Source of the DNA: the human T2T-CHM13v2.0 reference genome, Homo sapiens
DNA: 64,000 bases
Direction: 5' to 3' (one strand)
Assembly (NCBI RefSeq): GCF_009914755.1
Contig: NC_060930.1
Shown: one piece after another, positions 14,694-26,206 of the stretch
Numbering within the stretch: the stretch's first letter is position 1
Layout: each line of letters opens with the position of its first letter
Translations under genes and position numbers: made by a program
Notes under the pieces: generated by a model
What the model saw: only the letters and a program-made list of their open reading frames with translations
The model's database searches: none
Told to the model about the DNA's origin: nothing

Positions 14694-15205
14694 CCAGAGG
14701 TTGCAGTCGGGAAGCCCACAGAGACATTTGCTTTAGCTTGCACGGTGTTTTTCAAAGACTCAAGTTAGTCATCAGTGCTGAAGAATACGGTGACTACATC
14801 TCAAAAGAAATAATAATAATATGGTGACTTCACACAACACCCAGATAACTGGCATAGCTTGAAAAATATAGAAAAATCAGAAGTGCCCCTTGCATATGGC
14901 AATACTGAGCAGTAGCCACTCGCCAAACCACCTTGATGGGCACCCTCTCCTGTTTCACTCACTACCCAGCCCCTGGTGGGCAGGTGAGTTCGAAGAAGGG
15001 GAGGAGGAGATGGAGGGAGAGGTAGGGGGCAAAAGACGGGGAGGAGGAGAGGGAGAGGAAGGTGGGGGCAGGAACCAGTGCAGCCCCCAGATGCTGCTTT
15101 GCCAGCGAGGGGAAAGTGCCCCTTGCATTTAGCTGCCCAGGTTCCCACTGGCAGCTGCTCACAGCGTCCTGGTCCCTCTGATCTTTGAGCTGTAAAGCCC
15201 TTTGT
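14694..15205. mobile_element. hAT-Charlie DNA transposon remnant (MER102-like) with internal purine-rich stretch
   Basis: 'gcccacagagacatttgctttagcttgcacggtgttttt', 'gacttcacac', 'cttgaaaaat', and end 'cctggtccctctgatctttgagctg' resemble the recalled MER102 consensus. Confidence 0.45.
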
Positions 15206-15652
15206 CACATCCAGGCTCCCTAGCAACAGCAGCCATACAGGCATGTGGTCAAGAATGGATGGGCACAAATGCAGCTTAGGAGAGGAAAGAAAATGTATCT
15301 GTTGTTAAAGTGCATACAATTCTCTACACACGTTAGAAGTTTCAAGCGGCTTTACAACATCAGTTTTGCTAAATCCGGCAATCCTATAGTGTCATTGGCT
15401 GAGTATTCCTGAGCACGTCTTACACATGCCAACCAGGGTGCTCACTGAACAGAACTAATTAAAGAAGAATAAAAAAAGATAAGGAGACATATTTAAGCTT
15501 CAACTTCTGAGTTATTATAATTAACAAGCAATAAGAAAAATGATATTACTTGTTCCTCATCTTGTATTTGTTACATCCTTTTATTCTAGGCACCTTCCCC
15601 ACCTCCTGCATGGTTTTGCCTTTGAAGGAGCTTGGGCAGAAGTACTAAGTCA

Positions 15653-16070
<418 letters not shown>

Positions 16071-16604
16071 TTAGTTGAATTATCTATAAAATATTTCTTT
16101 TGCCTTATATGTCTGCAACATTGAAAAGATACAGATGTAACCTATTAACAGATGCAGGTTGCTATAAAATTACGTTTCTTTAAAATTTAAAATGCACACC
16201 TCCCTCCCATGTCCCCATCTGTCACGATCAACAGTTCTGATTTAAAACCTACACTTTGAAATTCGACTGCTTCGAATTATGAGAACCACGAATTTAGGTA
16301 ATTGATTTCTTCTCTCAGATTATTCAGTGTATACCCTGGAAATATGATTAATTAGGCTTGCCTGTATAACAACACATACTGATTTGAGAAAAACTAATGC
16401 TGTGTTTAGTAACCTGGACCTTTAGTTTGGTTCTGCAAAGAAATTTCTTCACACTGCTGGGTGTATTATCTTTCCCTCAGTAGAAGCTGAAATTGCATTT
16501 GCTAACTAATTGTTGGTTCACTGTTTAATGGCAGGGGAGAGACCTCAGCCGATCAGTGAGCAAGTTAGCTAAGCACCTATAATGTAACAATCACTGTTCC
16601 CTAC

Positions 16605-16979
16605 TGTCTTAGTCTGTTTGTGCTGCTATAATGAATGACCACGACCTGGGTGGAGTAGACAACAGACATTTATTTCTCACAGTTCTGGAGGCTGAGAAGC
16701 TAGAGATCAGGGTGCCAGCATGGCTGGGTTCTGGGAAGGGATGGCTTCTATTATGTCCTCACTTGGCCTTTCACTGGTGATTGCAGGCAGAGAGGGAGCA
16801 AGGGATCTAGTGTCTCATCCTCTTGATAAGGTCACTAATCTCATTATGAGGGCCCCACCCTCATGCCCTCATCTAACCCTAATCACATCCCAAAGGCCCC
16901 ACCTCCTAATACCAGCACAGTGGGGATTAGGGCTTCCACATATGGATTCTGGGGGCTACAAACATTCAGCCCCATGGCA
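16605..16979 (-). mobile_element. MaLR LTR (MLT1A-like)
   Basis: 'tgtcttagtctgtttgtgctgctataa...catttatttctcacagttctggaggctgagaag...aaacattcagccccatggca'. Confidence 0.9.
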
Positions 16980-18329
16980 CAGGCCACAGAGAAGCAAGGA
17001 TAATTGAGGACCACGAGGTCCTCTGGGACTCACGGTTCATAGAGAGACAGATAAAGAAGCAAGTACAGTGTTTGGAAAACAAACAAAAACCTACAAAGAG
17101 TTCTAGAGGATTGTAGAGGGAATGACCCTTTTCATAAGCAAAGATCAAGGGGCTGGAAGGATGTGTGACATTTAGGAAACGGTGCCCAGTCTGACTATAA
17201 TGGTGGTGGCTGCTGCGCCTTCGGCCCCCTTTGCCTATGCCATTGCACAGTTGCTGCTCCGATTATGATTGTCACGCCTGGCCTCACTAACCAGTTGTCT
17301 TGGGACATGGTTCTGCCCGGCGAATGCCGCCTCTACAACCTGTGCTTTTTCCAAGGTCTTCTTGAGGAGCCAAAACAAGCTCCCCAGAGACAAGAAAAGA
17401 GCATACACTGAGGACCGCCCGCTCTCTCCTGGTGACATATCAGACTGGTGTCTGAGGAGGGTGCACTCTCCTGCCACCTGCAGGACACGGGGCCACCCTT
17501 GGGATGTGCCTGGTGCAGGAATGCTGGGGCGAAGGGGACTTCACTGGGCAGAGGGAGCCTTTGGGTATGGGAGGGTCTGGGGTAGAGGTGGTGGACCTCA
17601 TCGGTCATCACAGACGTGCCCTGGGGATGCTGGCGCCACTCCAGCCGCGTGGTGGGCAGGCATCAGAGATCCATTCTAAAAAGATAAACAAGGCATGGAT
17701 TTGGGAGTGTGGGAGGCAGGAAGGCCGCGTCCCGAGCCATCAAATGCAACGGCGCCTTGATGTGAAGTAGGGGAGACTGAAGGCAGAAGTGTCCCCTCTG
17801 CCTTGCTGAAAACTGGAGCTGCTGGGTGAAGACAGGGTGATTACCCACGTCTGACTTTCCTTTTTATATCTGGGGTGCCAGGGCTTAACGATCCCTCCCC
17901 CTACCCCCATTTCTCCAGGAAGCCTTGAAATCCTTTGCCAAGCAGGGCACCAGAGTTCCTGGGGCTCGTCTGCAAATTAGGTCCTCACCAGCATCCTCCT
18001 TTCATTGTGGGACCTTCTCATTTCTGCGGCATTTTCCATCACACCAAAACCTAAGACTAAGTACCCTCACCATCCTAATGTACCTAATGATTGTCTACAC
18101 CTCCTGAAGTTTCCTGTCACCTTCTCTTCAAGTAGCTTTGCCATTAACTGGGTCCCTTTAAGCAGGTTGCTGAATCCCAGTTTTCACTTCTATAGCAAGA
18201 AGGACTAGAATCAGATAATTTCTAAGATCCCTACCAGGTAAAGAGGAGAATACCAGCATCCACTCAGACTTTTCCTACACATATTGGCTCCTGTAGAAAG
18301 TAAATTGAAAGGAAATGGGAAGGAGAGAC

Positions 18330-19480
18330 GGCACGTATTGAATTTCTCATTAGCCCCACTGCCTGGTTCTCATTAGTGAGCCTTCCGGGTTACAGGCACA
18401 AGGGCCAGGACTTATTTTCATGGCTGAATAGCACATGTGAAATGTAGGCGATTTCTAATCCATATTATATGAGCTCCACACTTTGCTATCTTATAAAGTA
18501 ATGGGCAACGCTCAAGGAAAACCCCATCAGAATGACGGGCTAATCCTTCAGGGGGAAAATATTGCTGTTCTGCATAAGCTTTGGCTCTCTGCTTAATTAA
18601 TCCCTAAAACTTTCAGGCCTTAATGAGAATAATTAGACTTGACAGTACTGAGCTTAATGCACAACTACAGACAACAAAAACCGTGTTCGGTTTATAAGCT
18701 TCCCAGAGCTTGCTGAAAGACAGGCTAATGTTATTTACAGCGGCCCCAGTGAGGGGCCGGACGAAGGTTCGGACTGGAAATGTGCTTGGCTCTCCCTGAG
18801 GACAATTTCTCTGAGGAACGGGGTACTATAGCCCCCTTTTGTGGCTTTCCCTCCATAACAAACCGTGGTCTAGACAGGATCTGGCTAGAAATTCCCTTAT
18901 TACCACCCCGGCCAGACTCCATTTATCATCACCTTGAACGTAATGCTCGAGCAAAACCTCCAGGCCTCTCCCGTTCACATAACGAATCGAGGGAGGCAGA
19001 GCTCTTACGGCGCTCCAGCCAGTGTCTGCCTGCTTCTGGAAATACCTCATCTTCCAGAAAAGCATTCATTTGTCAACAGAGGGATAATGCTAAAACCTTA
19101 AAGACAAATCGGCCAGAAGGCAGGGATGGGAGAAGCAGGCAGGGTACAGCCCGGGAGAGACGGCAGCTTTGCCTCGGTGCAGTTATTTGATTTGTTAGCC
19201 TTGTGCCAGCCTCAGTCTTCTCCAAGAAGAGGTTTAAATCTCTTCTTGAAACGGTTTGAGCGTACACTCCCCAAACAGAGAGTCCAGAAGTATCCCTCCG
19301 GCGCTGCAGGGATGACCAAGTTAATTTTGTCTGTAACCGTGAGAGGCTTTTCAATGAGGGGCCAAATAACTGCACAGATTCTGGGTGTTGGGTGAAGCCT
19401 GTCCCCAAACTTGGGCGAAGCTGTTGGAGCTGGGCGTGCAGACTCGAGCAGGACAAACCGTCCCACCTGGTGAGATGACA
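18330..19480. promoter_or_regulatory. Candidate enhancer: repeat-free, CpG-enriched, clustered TAATCC/TAATTA motifs
   Basis: TAATCC at 18456, 18541 and 18598. Roughly 25-30 CpGs counted by eye in 18720-19460, well above local background. Motif inference only. Confidence 0.35.
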
Positions 19481-19808
19481 TCAGGAGTCCTTAGGAATAG
19501 GGATGGATTTCTGCACATTCCATTGGTGCTGATTATCACAGGAGATATGAAAGTGGCGATCAAAGCTACCTTAACCATCCTCGAGATTATAACAAAAGTG
19601 ATAATGTCCATATGGAGATTCTTCTCAGAAATGAGAAACCGCAGATAAGCAAAATGACTGTCCAGTGCTTCTCAGTTTGGACATAATCTATGAGTTCAGA
19701 GTTCTTGCAGATCTAAGGAGATGAAAAGAAAAGGGTGCAACATTGGGATTCAGAAGCCAACATGTTACCTTTTTAAAAACAGAAATCAATACACACACGT
19801 GCCTGTGT

Positions 19809-19831
19809 ACACACACACACACACACACACA
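19809..19831. repeat. (AC)n microsatellite
   Basis: Direct reading. Confidence 0.9.
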
Positions 19832-20849
19832 AAGCAATGTGAGGACAGGAACTTTGACCCTGGAAATGGCACCAGGCTAGAGAGCTTTGTTTTTAATTTT
19901 CAATCAAGGATTTAAAACAGACTTCAAAGGGCATTTAAGCTGACAGTTTTATTTGCTCCTTGAGGAAGAGGAAAGATGAATAAGCGTAAAGACAGATCAT
20001 TCGCAAAATAATTGCAGCCCTGACATATCTAAATGAGTTTGTAAAAGAAAATACAGTGGCAATTGATCTTATTAATTAGAGATGTACCACGATGGTAATA
20101 CCCACTTATCCACAGATTGCCTGCAGCTACAAAAATAAAATAAAATAAAATAGAATAAAATAAAATTAACCACTTTCTCCTGGAGAACACAATTTCTTTC
20201 CCTCCCTGCCATAGAAAGTCATCTGGGAAAAAAATCCCTGGTGATCTCTTCTCTTCACAGTGGTTAACAGCCCTTAGAGGGCAGTGTGGATGGGTTTCCT
20301 TTCTGCCCATGTAGGTTTGGGTTTATACTGGATTGCACAATGCCTTGCATGGTACAGTGGCTTGTCGCAATTGATCGAACATGTAATCTGACAAACAAAC
20401 AAACAAAAATGGGCTACAAAAAAGAGAGAGCTGCTTTTTAAGCCTGTATGTGTCATTTACCTGTGACGAACAGCAGTAAGCGCGATGGTAGGCCCGACTC
20501 TCTCCATTGCTCATTCTGTCTCTGCTCTTTCCATTATCTTATTTCTGTGAACAATTGCTTAGCACTCGAACAGAATAGCCCAGCGATAAAACGCTGAGTG
20601 ACGATTGGGTGGCAGCCACCTCTGAGTGCGGTCCAGCCCTGTGCCATTGGAGGCGAATCTTCAGGTTGCTGGATTTGAAACTTACACAAACACTCACTGT
20701 ATTATTGCAGAAGAGAGAGAGAATGGAGAGAGAAAGGAAGAGGAAGAGGACAAGAAGAGGAAAGAGAGGAGGAAGGGAAGAGGTGGGTAAATAATAAATT
20801 GTTTAGCACTGGAAGAATCATCTAGTGCTACTCCAGTCATTTCAAGGGT

Positions 20850-20880
20850 TGTGTGTGTGTGTGTGTGTATGTGTGTGTGT
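20850..20880. repeat. (TG)n microsatellite
   Basis: Direct reading. Confidence 0.9.
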
Positions 20881-21249
20881 ATTTTGGGCACCTGTGGGCA
20901 GGGGGGATCAAAGTGGGAGTACAGGCACAACTGTGTTTATAAGGCAAGTGGGAACTAAAACCCAGCCTTTGGTGTCTCACCAAGATGGACACAGTGGCAG
21001 GGCCCTGTATCTGCCCCTCAAGGGGGAGGTTTTTACTAATTTGCACTAAGGCCTAGTGGGGCCAGAGGGTGAAGAGTGGTGTGATTTGAAAACAAAGCAG
21101 GGCAACAGGTTTGATATTAAAAATGACCCATTTCACCCTTGATCTTCCAACTTGTCTGGAATAGAAAAACTCATGGCCAGCAGACTCCAAGCACATATCG
21201 ATATTACCCACACAAAGTTAAAAAAAAAAAAAAAGACATGAAGTAGTGA

Positions 21250-21397
21250 GGTGTAGTGGTGGTGTGCAGCTGTAGTCCCAGCGACTCAGGAGGCTGAGGC
21301 AGGAGGATGGCAAGTTTGAGGCTACTGGGAGCTATGATCATCCCACTGTACTCCAACCTGGGCAGCAGAGCAAGATTCTGTCTCAAAAAATAAAAGA
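21250..21397 (+). mobile_element. FRAM / AluJ right monomer
   Basis: 'ctgtagtcccagcgactcaggaggctgaggcaggaggat...gagctatgatcatcccactgtactccaacctgggc' plus A tail. Confidence 0.85.
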
Positions 21398-22421
21398 AGG
21401 ACCTGATTCTTTCAAAAGCAAAATACATTTTAATATCACTGTGACTGTGCCTTGACTTTCCTGGAGTAACAAGATTAAATTTATTATGAAATTTCAAATT
21501 AACTTTAAAGGAGGACTTGACAGCTTTTGCAGGTTGTAGGGACACCCAAGCCCATCTCACCTTTCTCTTACCTCCTGGAAGCAGCATCTTTGTTGAGGTG
21601 TGAAGAGCAAATATGGCTCATTGGTTCTTGGTGTCACCTGCTACAGGGACTCACCAGTTCTGACCTCCAAATTAGCCAGGGTGAACGCAGATGCAGGAGA
21701 TGCCGTGTGAATGCTGGGGAAGGCCATGGAAAAACACAGGCCTGAGTAGCCGACAGGCCCCAGTCAGGGAAAGAAAAAGAATGCTCCCAACAGATCAAAG
21801 CCCACAGTCTCTTAAAATGGAAATGAACATTTAAAAAAGGCCTTTCTCAAGGGAGAAATATGCAGTAAATCAGAGCTTTTGAAAGACAACTGGGGCCTGT
21901 GCCGGTTTTTGAATAACTCGTCGTTTAATAAATGTTCTATTTTTGACCCTTTAGGGAAATATACAACTCCATCTGAAACTTATGAGCCAAAATAATTTAA
22001 CTTTTTTTCCATCTCATTTTTATAAGTTTTGTGATGGAGACAAATGATCTGGAAGCTTTCTTTTTAAGGTTTTATGATGAAGCGAGGTCATTTAACAAGA
22101 GAGAAATGGTTTTCTCTGCACACCAGCTTTGACTCGGTGAGTGGCTAGTTAGTCCCAGCATCCGAAGTCTCAGGATCCACAAAGAGGAAGCTGTGCATGG
22201 AGTTTTGAGGAATTGTTCTTGGTTTTCTTTGTAAGGGCTTCATGAAAAGCATGTAAACATGCTATACTCATTGTAGATCATCTCTTCTAATGTGTGTGTA
22301 TGTGTGTGCGTGCATGTACATAGAACATTTGAAACTCTACATCGGTGACTGTACCTTGACTATATGAAACTATATGTCATGCATCCTCTGTACTGGTAAA
22401 AAGGAAGTACTTAATATATGT

Positions 22422-22607
22422 TGGAATTAAGTTGTTGGATGTTTTCCACATCTTTTCTAATCCCTAGGATCCTAGGCACACAGTTTGTCCACAATATATT
22501 CTCATTGTCTTGTTGTGCTGTTTTATCAAATCTTACCTATCTTCAACTGCCTTTGGACTGACACATACTGGACCTGAGAGATCAGCTTCCTGTCCACCAG
22601 AGGCTTG
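22422..22607 (+). repeat. Inverted repeat arm 1 (186 bp, presumed donor copy)
   Basis: Base-by-base comparison: exact reverse complement of 23783-23968. Confidence 0.97.
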
Positions 22608-23782
22608 AATTGTTAAAAATGTTACAGGCTCATTTTACCTCTGATGAGTGGGTGCCACAAAATCTCGGGAGCAGATGTCCCTCATTTACTCACATTGCTC
22701 CGTCCCATCCCTTTCTGCTGGGTCCTGAGAGCAGCCTTCTCCCTGGCACCCAGCTGGGATTCCCACTAACCCAACTCAGGTTCAAGGGCTGAGGGAATTC
22801 AGGATCTGAGGGATGGCTCAAAGACCACATGGAGTTCAGTTTTGCATGTTTTCTTTGAGTGCCAGCCAGCAAAGACCGTGGCCTCACATAATTTTTCTGC
22901 CGGGTGTGGAATAGTGCCATAGAAAGATGATTCATGAGAAGAAATTGTCAAGTTTCTGCCTGGAACTGAATGGAAAAAAATTGGTTGAAAAAAATCCCAG
23001 ACATGCACACAGAAGATACGTAGGACCAAATTTATATCTTTAGCTTTGGGAATCTACATTCATTATTTCTCTCACTTGACTTGAAAATGGGTAAAAATCT
23101 GGCCACAGTGCTCTTGTTGGGTTATAAATAAGATTTTTGTTTTTATATTAGCATCTGGCCCATAATAGTCGCTAATATTTACTTTGTGTTGCTCAGTTTA
23201 TAAGGTGTTTTTTTCCTGTGTATTTAAATTGCATATTAGACCTGAATATAGGTATTTTTCTTTTACAATAAGAAAACTAAATCTTTGTGAGAGCCACATG
23301 GACAATACCAGTGTAAGTAATTTAATCCAAGCCCTCTGCATTCTTGCAACCTTTGTTTTAGCCACAAGGTGATTCTATTTGGTGATTGCATTCCAACAGC
23401 AATTCTCTGACACCAACTGGGTGTCCTACAATTCAATTCAATACATTTTGACACTAACTATCCCTATTTAACATCAGAACCCACAAGGTAAAGGGCAAGG
23501 TCCCTAATAATACTGCCCTTACTCACATACCAGCTACAAACAGGGTCCCCAGGCTACCCTCACTTCAGTCTGACTTGGCAACAAATTTAGGGGTTCCCAC
23601 AACTCCCTCTGGCTCAAGAATTCAATAGAATGGCTTAGGAAACTCAAGTAAGCACTATACTTACTGTTACCATTTTATTATAAAGGATACAGATGAATAG
23701 CAAGAGAAAGAGATACACAGGGCAAGGCCTTGGGGGTAGAGGTGGGGTGCAGAGCTTCCATGGACTCCTTATGGAAGCCTTC

Positions 23783-23968
23783 CAAGCCTCTGGTGGACAG
23801 GAAGCTGATCTCTCAGGTCCAGTATGTGTCAGTCCAAAGGCAGTTGAAGATAGGTAAGATTTGATAAAACAGCACAACAAGACAATGAGAATATATTGTG
23901 GACAAACTGTGTGCCTAGGATCCTAGGGATTAGAAAAGATGTGGAAAACATCCAACAACTTAATTCCA
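23783..23968 (-). repeat. Inverted repeat arm 2 (186 bp, inserted in a MER21-type LTR)
   Basis: Exact reverse complement of 22422-22607. MER21-like sequence resumes on both sides. Confidence 0.97.
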
Positions 23969-24083
23969 GGTATGTTGCCTTCCCAGCACATGGATGCGTT
24001 CATAACCCAGGAACTTCTTGGAGCCTCTCTGTTTCAGCGTTTTATTAAGGTTCCATTATGCAGACATGATTTATTTAAATACC

Positions 24084-24287
24084 GGTCTTGGTGACTGAAC
24101 CCAACCTCTCTAGTCCTTCTACCTTCCCCAGAGGTTCAGAGTGGGGCTGAAATTCTAACTCTTTAATCATATGGTTGGTTTATCTGGGTCTTGGTGACTG
24201 AACCCAACCTCTAGTCCTTCTACCTTCCCCAGAGGTTCAGAGTGGGGCTGAAATTCTAACTCTTTAATCATGTGGTTGGTTTATCTG
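24084..24287. repeat. Tandem duplication, 2 x ~102 bp
   Basis: 24084-24186 vs 24187-24287 differ only by a 2-bp ct indel and one a/g substitution. Confidence 0.95.
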
Positions 24288-24480
24288 GGGACCAGCTCCC
24301 ATCCTAAAACTATCTAAGAGCCCTGTAATAAGTTACCTTATTAGCATAAACTCAGGTATGGTAGAAAGAGGCTTGTTATGAATAACAAGACAGTTCTATC
24401 ATTCAGCAAAGTCCAAGGGTTATTGAAGCTGTGTGCCAGGAACTGGGGATAATGACCAGTTATTTTCTGTATAATGTCTG

Positions 24481-24970
24481 TAGTAGGCATTCCAACTAGG
24501 GCCAACAACAACACCTTCCCTTTCTGTAGGTGCAAGCTGTCCCCCACCTCAAGAGGTGGGTTTATTTTTCCCTCCCTTGAATGTGACTTGCTTTGACTAA
24601 CAAAAGTGACATTCTAAAACTTCTGAGCCCAAGCCTTTCAAGAACTGGCAGCTTCTAATTTTTCTCTCTTGGAATGCTCCCTTTTGGGAGTCAGCTGTCA
24701 TGCTTTTAGGAAATTCAGGTTAGATGTTTGGAAGATGAGGAGCTGTATTGAGAGAGAGCCTGAGGGATGAAAGACCATCTTGGAAGTTCCCCTCTCTGCC
24801 AAGCTCCCAGCTGAATGCAGGCAGATCAGTGATGCGAAGTATACCATATGGAGTAGAAGACCATCCTAGCTGACCTAAGTCAACTTGCAGCATTGTGATA
24901 TGCCATAAATTACAGTTTTAAGCCATTACGTTTAGGCTGGTTTGTTGCACAGCAGCAGATAACTGAAACA
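24481..24970 (+). mobile_element. MaLR LTR (MLT1F/G/H-like)
   Basis: 'ccctcccttgaa...tgtgacttgctttgac' and end 'ttttaagccattacgtttaggctggtttgttgcacagcagcagataactgaaaca'. Confidence 0.8.
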
Positions 24971-25837
24971 TGGACCTATTAAGATCCTTCTGAAAGTTTA
25001 GTATTTTGGCAACAAAATCTCACAAAATGTCCTTCCCAGACACACCTCAGTTATGTAGGATTCTATTATATGCAGAAGAATGTAAAAGTGAGGCTGAACA
25101 TAAAAAGCTTAGAGCAACATATCCTGTATTAAAAAATTACAATATTGGATCTGATTAATTTTGATTGTGTTTTCTCCAATGTTTCTTTCACCTGTCTTCC
25201 TGTCACTCCTTTCCAGGTACTTTTCTGTGTCCTTCTGATTCACTCACTTGGTGAATCAGAACCTAGTACAATAACTAACTATAAGTTCATGAAACTCCTT
25301 CCTAAACATCTATACAAGGACTTACTTTTCCAACTAGGTTTTGTTTCTCATTAGAGACACCATTTTCATTACCTACAGTTTTTTGGAATTCTGTACCCAA
25401 AGACCCAACAATGCAGTGGTATTTACAGAAAAAGGAAACTTACATTCTTGTGACAAGTTTAAAAAAAGAACCTGGTTGGCAGGGTGGATCTACTTCACGC
25501 TGTCATCCAGGGACCCAGGTTTCTTGTATTACCAGCATAAGAATTAGAGTAGCTGCCATCTGCTAGGTCGATGCTGGGTTCCTATGGTTCCTGAGAGATG
25601 GAAACAGTCATGGAGAGCTCATGTGCAATATTTTGTACCAAGGTCTGGAAATGACTCATAGCACTTCTATTTTCTGTTAAGAATCTAGTCACGTGGCCAC
25701 ACCTGGTAATCACCAGCTGAGTAGCCATGTGCCCAGATGCCATTTTACTATTATAGAAGCCACATACTCAGCTTCCACATAATACAAAAGAAGAAAGAAT
25801 AAGTTTTGGTAAATAATTAGAAATATGTGCCACAGAC

Positions 25838-26206
25838 CATACACACCATGAAATACTATGCAGCCATAAAAAAGGATGAGCTCATGTCCTTTGCAGGGAC
25901 ATGGATGAAGCTGGAAACCATCATTCTCAGTAAACTATCACAAGGACAGAAAACCAAACACCGCATGTTCTCACTCATAGGTGGGAATTGAACAATAAGA
26001 ACACATGGACATAGGGCGGGGAAGATCACACCCCAGGGCCTGTCATGGGGTGGGGGTCGGGGGAGAAATAGCATTAGGAGAAACACCTAATGTAAATGAC
26101 CAGTTAATGGGTACAGCAAACCAACATGGCACATGTATACCTATGTAACAAACCTGCACATTGTGCACATGTACCCTAGAACTTAAAGTATAATACAAAA
26201 AAAAAA
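25838..26206 (+). mobile_element. 5'-truncated L1PA 3' end with poly(A)
   Basis: 'tactatgcagccataaaaaaggatgag...gttctcactcataggtgggaattgaacaat...gtaccctagaacttaaagtataat'. TSD tgccacagac / tgccccagac. Confidence 0.97.

Larger units (their letters stand above)
23370..24478 (-). mobile_element. Solo LTR MER21 (MER21C-like), interrupted
   Basis: 'gacaccaactgggtgtcctacaattcaattcaat', 'ttattataaaggatacagatgaa', 'gtgtgccaggaactgggga' match the reverse strand of recalled MER21. Confidence 0.85.

Noticed and set aside
18731-19648. Overlapping ORFs as a processed pseudogene or coding exon
   Set aside because: No recognisable protein similarity, poly(A) tail or TSD. ORF density reflects GC content.
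22591-22607. CCACCAGAGGC as a duplicated, oppositely oriented CTCF site in the inverted arms
   Set aside because: Lacks a G of the core GGC spacing and is truncated at the arm boundary. Too weak to call.
22422-23968. Inverted arms as the TIRs of a DNA transposon or MITE
   Set aside because: No TSD. The spacer contains half of a MER21 LTR that continues outside arm 2, so the unit did not insert as a whole.
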